A stretch of 64,000 nucleotides of DNA from Laetmonice hystrix. Lineage: Eukaryota. The stretch is from contig OZ249448.1 in assembly GCA_965235115.1 (NCBI GenBank), forward strand, positions 14,694,001 through 14,758,000. Direction: 5' to 3'. The notes under the pieces were generated by a model. It did no database searches. It was given only the letters and a program-made list of their open reading frames with translations, and had not been told where the DNA came from. Below are positions 61,773 through 64,000 of the stretch, in pieces (positions within the stretch are counted from its first letter, which is position 1; every line of letters starts with the position of its first letter). Position numbers and translations under genes: made by a program.

Positions 61773-63676
61773 GTGTGATCAATTCTTGACCTTATGGTAT
61801 GAGGCAGCATGGTAGTTTTTAGGCACTGGTAGGCCCACTGCTGAGTGAATTCCATTAGATTTCTGAAAGTACGAAATTACGCAAGCATTATTTCTTATTC
61901 AGCAAAATTAATGATAATTTTAATAATAGGCTAGGAGCTACCTCAATTGGCTATGAACCAAGTAAATAATTAAATTAATTCCTTTCAAATTAGGTGAAAA
62001 AGGGGGCCCAAGTCTGAGGGAAACTTTAATTGGCAGAAGGATGGCTTAAATTAATTAGCCTACCCAAAACTGGGGATTAAAGGATTAAATGTAGATCTAC
62101 GCCTGTTAGTGTTAGAAATGAATATCGTACCTACGGGTAAGTCTACCCTACGGGTAACAAAAACAACAAATATATCGGCTCAGCCTCAGGACCCAGCCAG
62201 CCCCCTTCTAATCTAAGTTCTACCGCTGCCCTACACTGCTACAGTCATGTGGCCTACACTGGCTACAGATAGGTAGGCGATACACAGTCATGATACATAG
62301 CTGCATGAGATGAGACTAAGGAGGTACCAGACCTGACGGCCTTGACGCTCGAGGTTGAAACTGGCAGTGCCATGATTCACGGGCCGCTCTACTCGGCACG
62401 GCCGAGTCCGGGAGCAGGGCTGACTTCGGCTAGTGGCGTCTCGCCTCTCGGCGGCGGCGGAGATGTCTTGGTACGGCGGCTTCCGACGGGGCCACAGGGG
62501 CCACACAGAGGTCGAGGGTTGGACCTAATGCACATGTACCTTGGTTAGAGTCAAGCTACTGGAAAGAGGGCTGAAATTGTGCACCTGTTCCTAGCCGTGA
62601 TTGTCAACATGCCGCCCGGAACAACTAGGCCTAGATCTAGGCATCTGTCAGGGGCCCCGCATCAATTGTAGTTCTCAGGTCGACGTCAGAGGTCGCCACT
62701 TCCTGTCGACTGATGGCACTGCCATCTGCCGTATTTGGCAACGTACCCCGATAGGGGCTGTTACTGATACATGGTACGTTTGCTGGTACCGCCGGAGACC
62801 GTTTGGGAATCGTTATAAACAAAGCAGGCTTACGTGAACGTTACAAGGGTGTGCCATTTCCTCAAATTGCCAGTGATAGAACTATTTTGTATATGCCTGA
62901 AATATCAGCAAAGAGGTTTATAGTTATGTGTAGTCTATAATACCCTTGAGCAGTATCTCAACAATCCTCTAGTCCCTCTGCCATTGTGAACATCTAGAGG
63001 AATGTAGGCTGTCTATGACGAGATGCCTAAAGAAATTTTCTTTCAGGATCCAGATCCAAACAAAAAATAAAGAGATGGTCATCTTTAGATATAATTCCTA
63101 AGTGTGTTTATCTACAAATTCATTCATACACAACAAACATCATACAGCAATATCTTATTCCATTGAAATCTCTTACAGAAGCACTGAAACTTCACTAGAC
63201 ATTTTACATGAAGTGTAGTTTGAAATGATGAAACTGCATTATGTACAATGTCTGTTGATTCTCGTCGAATTACATTAAAAGAATGGCAAGGAAACATCCT
63301 GATGTTTCTCATAGAATGATTGTCTGAGGCAGTCCTATTTGGTTTGAAGGCTGTCTACAATGTACATGTTGTATTATGTTCTCCAGTGGTCAGCCATAGT
63401 GGATTCCAAATACACTGTCCTCGGGTATCTGGTGCCAGTGGGGGCATAAACGATAAAATTAACAAGATGCATGCCAGAAACCTTAAATTTGTATAGAGAT
63501 TGCCTCAATCCTTTCATCCAGTCTTGTATGTTGCCTCCATTCTTTCAGAAGTACCAGTAACTGTTTGGTCCAACAATTCAGCCATTACGATAAAGCACTG
63601 CTATTATTTAACCACTGCCTCACCACAGGGCTGGCCTCCATATCACTTATCATTTCACCACTACATCAATTAATCA

Positions 63677-63884
63677 TCACTTGGCTGCCCCTTGCATCTG
63701 TCCTTGTAACTTCTTCATTGTTTCTTCATCCTGTGTAGACATTGCTGTTAACTTTTTGCCAATGCGATCATGAACATCAAGGTATTTTGCCACGCATCGG
63801 TCAATACAAACAGCCTCACCCTTGGCCAGTTCTGCATCTTTGTACTTTGGAGGAACACATTTGGCTTGGCAAGCATTTGACATT
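63677..63884 (-). CDS. TIMM10: Mitochondrial import inner membrane translocase small Tim chaperone Tim10, last coding exon
   Basis: Twin CX3C (CQAKC, CIDRC), [28 protein letters not shown]; acceptor TTTTTTTCAATTCCAG|. The upstream exon lies beyond the window. Confidence 0.95.
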
Positions 63885-64000
63885 CTGGAATTGAAAAAAA
63901 TCACAAAAATTGATTACATTTTGGCACTCTCCTTTTTCAATCAGATATTGCAAATACAGAGCAGTAATGATTATTAACCAATATTATCTGAAGTCAAAAT

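Overview
Animal (invertebrate) genomic DNA with GT-AG introns. The SINE and Helentron-type repeats resemble those of lophotrochozoans such as molluscs, but the taxon cannot be fixed from sequence. Six protein-coding genes can be traced by hand. (1) An unidentified minus-strand gene runs off the left edge, with exons at about 6744-6802 and 166-725. (2) A complete 20-exon minus-strand RASAL1/RASA4(CAPRI)-type Ca2+-regulated RasGAP (C2-C2-RasGAP-PH-BTK) has its ATG at 45515 and stop at 13152, giving 866 aa with every splice phase consistent. (3) Dynein light chain LC8 (DYNLL, 52095-52364, minus) sits head-to-head with (4) a 4-exon SRSF1/9-type splicing factor (54266-56850, plus). (5) An intronless membrane-anchored FkbM-family methyltransferase lies at 60642-61772 (minus), and (6) the last exon of TIMM10 at 63677-63884 (minus). 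Introns and spacers are packed with minisatellites, MITEs, SINEs and a Helentron-type non-autonomous element; most ORF-track entries are artefacts of these repeats. The most interesting signals are a GGA-saturated, spliceable SRSF1 3'UTR (probable AS-NMD autoregulation) and two arrays of one minisatellite in inverted orientation flanking the frame-preserving RasGAP exon 2. Also notable are an in-frame alternative first exon inside RasGAP intron 2, DYNLL-SRSF microsynteny shared with vertebrates, a candidate glycan O-methyltransferase and a CAG-ended MITE family with 5-bp target duplications. No prokaryotic-style system or CRISPR array is present.
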